DNA from: Promethearchaeota archaeon
Lineage (GTDB): Archaea; Asgardarchaeota; Lokiarchaeia; Sigyniarchaeales; SOKP01
Assembly: GCA_016840085.1 (NCBI GenBank)
Contig: JAEOTA010000086.1
Coordinates: forward strand, 1-64,000
Length of the DNA stretch: 64,000 nucleotides
Reading direction: 5' to 3'
Shown: piece by piece, positions 62,024 to 64,000 of the stretch
Layout of the letters: every line of letters starts with the position of its first letter
How positions within the stretch are numbered: the stretch's first letter is position 1
The notes under the pieces: model-generated
Told to the model about the DNA's origin: nothing
The model's database searches: none
What the model saw: only the letters and a program-made list of their open reading frames with translations
Program-made: the position numbers and the translations under genes

Positions 62024-63163
62024 ATGGAAGAAGTTCAAGATAAAACTTGGAAAGGATTATTAAAAAACTTTGAAAATGGACTTGAAAAAGCAATAGAAGA
62101 ATTGCAAAAAAGAGATGTAGAAAATATTCCTGGGGCTAAAGAAGCGCTTATTCAAAGATTAAATAATATGAAGCTTCACTTTCCTAAAAATAGTGGTGAT
62201 ATTTTTATAAAATCGATAAACGATAAAATTCAAAATAGTTTTTTTCCAAATACCAAGAATTTTACTAAAGCATTTGAGAACGTATTGAAATCAAGGACCC
62301 ACGAACAAGATTTCATTATAAATGAACTTTTAAATGGATTTGTAACTTCAAAAGCAAAAGCAATTGCTTCTGGAACACAAGGACCGATAATAGATAGAAT
62401 GGTAGAAGCTTTTAGCAAAAGAAATGATTTCCATATCGTCGATCATCAATTTTTTGCTATGTTTGGAGACCCAAATAAACCTCGTCATTATGTAAAGAAA
62501 CAACTTAAAGAATTAGTAAAAATGTTTGGGCTCATATCAAAGGAACTTGTAATTCAAAAAGACGTAAGGAGAAGCGAGGAAAAAGTCTATACATTTTACA
62601 CATTTCCAGATGAAATTATCAAAATTCTTGAAGAAAAATATTTAGTTATAGATAATGAACTAGGTTATGCTTATGTATCTAAGGATTTTGATAGAAATGT
62701 CTTTATTTGCATGTTTTTAGCAAATATTTCAGTAAAAAGAGATAATATAGATAAAATAGGGGGATCATATACTATAAATGGAATTTCTGCTATTTTTGCC
62801 TTAATTTTGTTATTGAGTTTTATGCCTAAATTGTCGGTTGATGAAACAAGCCCACTTTTAAATGACCCTAATTATGATGCAAATAGAATGAGTGTTATCC
62901 CAAAATCTTGGATGATGAAGCAAATTTTAGAACCTTTATTTGAACCGCTTATTAAAATTGTTGCATATAGAATAGGAGGAGGATTATGGTTGTCAAAAAT
63001 AATTGATTCTGAAATCAATAAAAAAATTAATAACCAAATACGATTTCTCATTAAAGATGTTAATAAATGGATACTTGGGAATCTATGTAGAGTAGAGATC
63101 CCAATCTTTGTTGAAATTTCGAATATATTTACAGAAGTTTTAGTTGGTTATAATGAACAATAA
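62024..63163 (+). CDS. hypothetical protein
   Basis: 379-aa ORF in a tight co-directional cluster. Confidence 0.75.
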   Translation: MEEVQDKTWKGLLKNFENGLEKAIEELQKRDVENIPGAKEALIQRLNNMKLHFPKNSGDIFIKSINDKIQNSFFPNTKNFTKAFENVLKSRTHEQDFIINELLNGFVTSKAKAIASGTQGPIIDRMVEAFSKRNDFHIVDHQFFAMFGDPNKPRHYVKKQLKELVKMFGLISKELVIQKDVRRSEEKVYTFYTFPDEIIKILEEKYLVIDNELGYAYVSKDFDRNVFICMFLANISVKRDNIDKIGGSYTINGISAIFALILLLSFMPKLSVDETSPLLNDPNYDANRMSVIPKSWMMKQILEPLFEPLIKIVAYRIGGGLWLSKIIDSEINKKINNQIRFLIKDVNKWILGNLCRVEIPIFVEISNIFTEVLVGYNEQ

Positions 63164-63190
63164 GAATAGGAAGAGTTGTATTTTCAAAAG

Positions 63191-64000
63191 ATGAGTTATA
63201 AAAAAAAATCAACGAGAACTATAAAATCAGGAAGAAGAAGAGAAAAATGGACCGATATTCTTCCCAGATATTTAACTTTTATAAGTCATATGCGCCCCAT
63301 CTTAAGAGAAACACGAAGACTTATTATTCATTTAGATGCGGATCTTTTATTAGATACAGAAATTTTAGATAAAATACGGCAGGAGGAAGAAAAAAGAAAT
63401 ATTCGTAAAGTTAGAGCTCTTTCAGAATTTTCTGCAATGTATAGATCAAATGTATATGAAATTATTAAGGATTTTATCATTAAATATAGAGAAAAGATAC
63501 CAATAATAGATATAAAGGACTATATTATAGAATTTCTCCACGAATCTGTAGATGCTTTAAATGCTTTACGGCATATTACCACTCCTGATGAGATTAATCT
63601 AGAGAATACATACTTATATCAGATAGTAAAATTTATTGAAGAAAAGCTATTTCCAAGAGGATCAAATCTTAAAATTATATATAAAAACTTACTTGATCAT
63701 AGTCCTGATTTTTATGAATGCCAACGATATTTATTGCAACCTCACACATATTATAGGGAAAGATTAGAAAGTCCAGATTATTTTGAAATTCCAGGAATAT
63801 CTCCAAAAGTATATCAACTCATCAATAATATTACATCTTTCTTCAATTTAGATCCAAATTTTGGAGAGTTTCCTGAACACCAAAATTATGAAATTCCAAT
63901 GCTTTTAAAAAATGACGTATTTTTACCTTATATTGATTCTATAGCGAATGCTGAAGAAGAAGCTATAAAAAGTATTGCTGAACGTATAGGTTTAAGACTC
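63191..64000 (+). CDS. hypothetical protein, truncated by window end
   Basis: ATG at 63191 (MSYKKKSTRTIKSGRRREKWTDILPRY...), open to the window end. Confidence 0.8.
   Translation, partial: MSYKKKSTRTIKSGRRREKWTDILPRYLTFISHMRPILRETRRLIIHLDADLLLDTEILDKIRQEEEKRNIRKVRALSEFSAMYRSNVYEIIKDFIIKYREKIPIIDIKDYIIEFLHESVDALNALRHITTPDEINLENTYLYQIVKFIEEKLFPRGSNLKIIYKNLLDHSPDFYECQRYLLQPHTYYRERLESPDYFEIPGISPKVYQLINNITSFFNLDPNFGEFPEHQNYEIPMLLKNDVFLPYIDSIANAEEEAIKSIAERIGLRL

Noticed and set aside
2074-62418. Numerous short ORFs in the track that overlap longer genes on the opposite strand or in another frame (e.g. 2074-2313, 8080-8310, 9713-10069, 11623-11967, 16700-17002, 36850-37164, 62230-62418)
   Set aside because: They are shadows of well-supported genes and have no motifs of their own

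Overview
This is a very AT-rich archaeal chromosomal segment, most likely from an Asgard archaeon of the Lokiarchaeia type. The evidence is archaeal informational genes (Rpo2/Rpo5, PolD DP1/DP2, Orc1/Cdc6, TFE, PAN, Cbf5, pelota, Elf1, CarS) together with eukaryotic-signature proteins (three Rab-like GTPases, one fused to a Roadblock domain, plus a longin-like protein). The window opens with the 3' end of a 16S rRNA and a tRNA-Ala, with no 23S following. All four tRNA genes carry inserts at non-canonical positions, and archease and RtcB are in the same window. NrdD contains a 475-aa LAGLIDADG intein. The most interesting candidate system lies at about 55.2-58.9 kb and has three parts: (1) an unannotated 51-aa microprotein with a WH2-like actin-binding motif, (2) a BAR-like helical protein, and (3) a 150-aa coiled-coil/polyproline protein ending in a helix resembling the WASP C region or VASP F-actin-binding helix. 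Together they suggest a possible archaeal module coupling membrane curvature to actin regulation. All such family assignments are by-eye motif comparisons; no searches were run.
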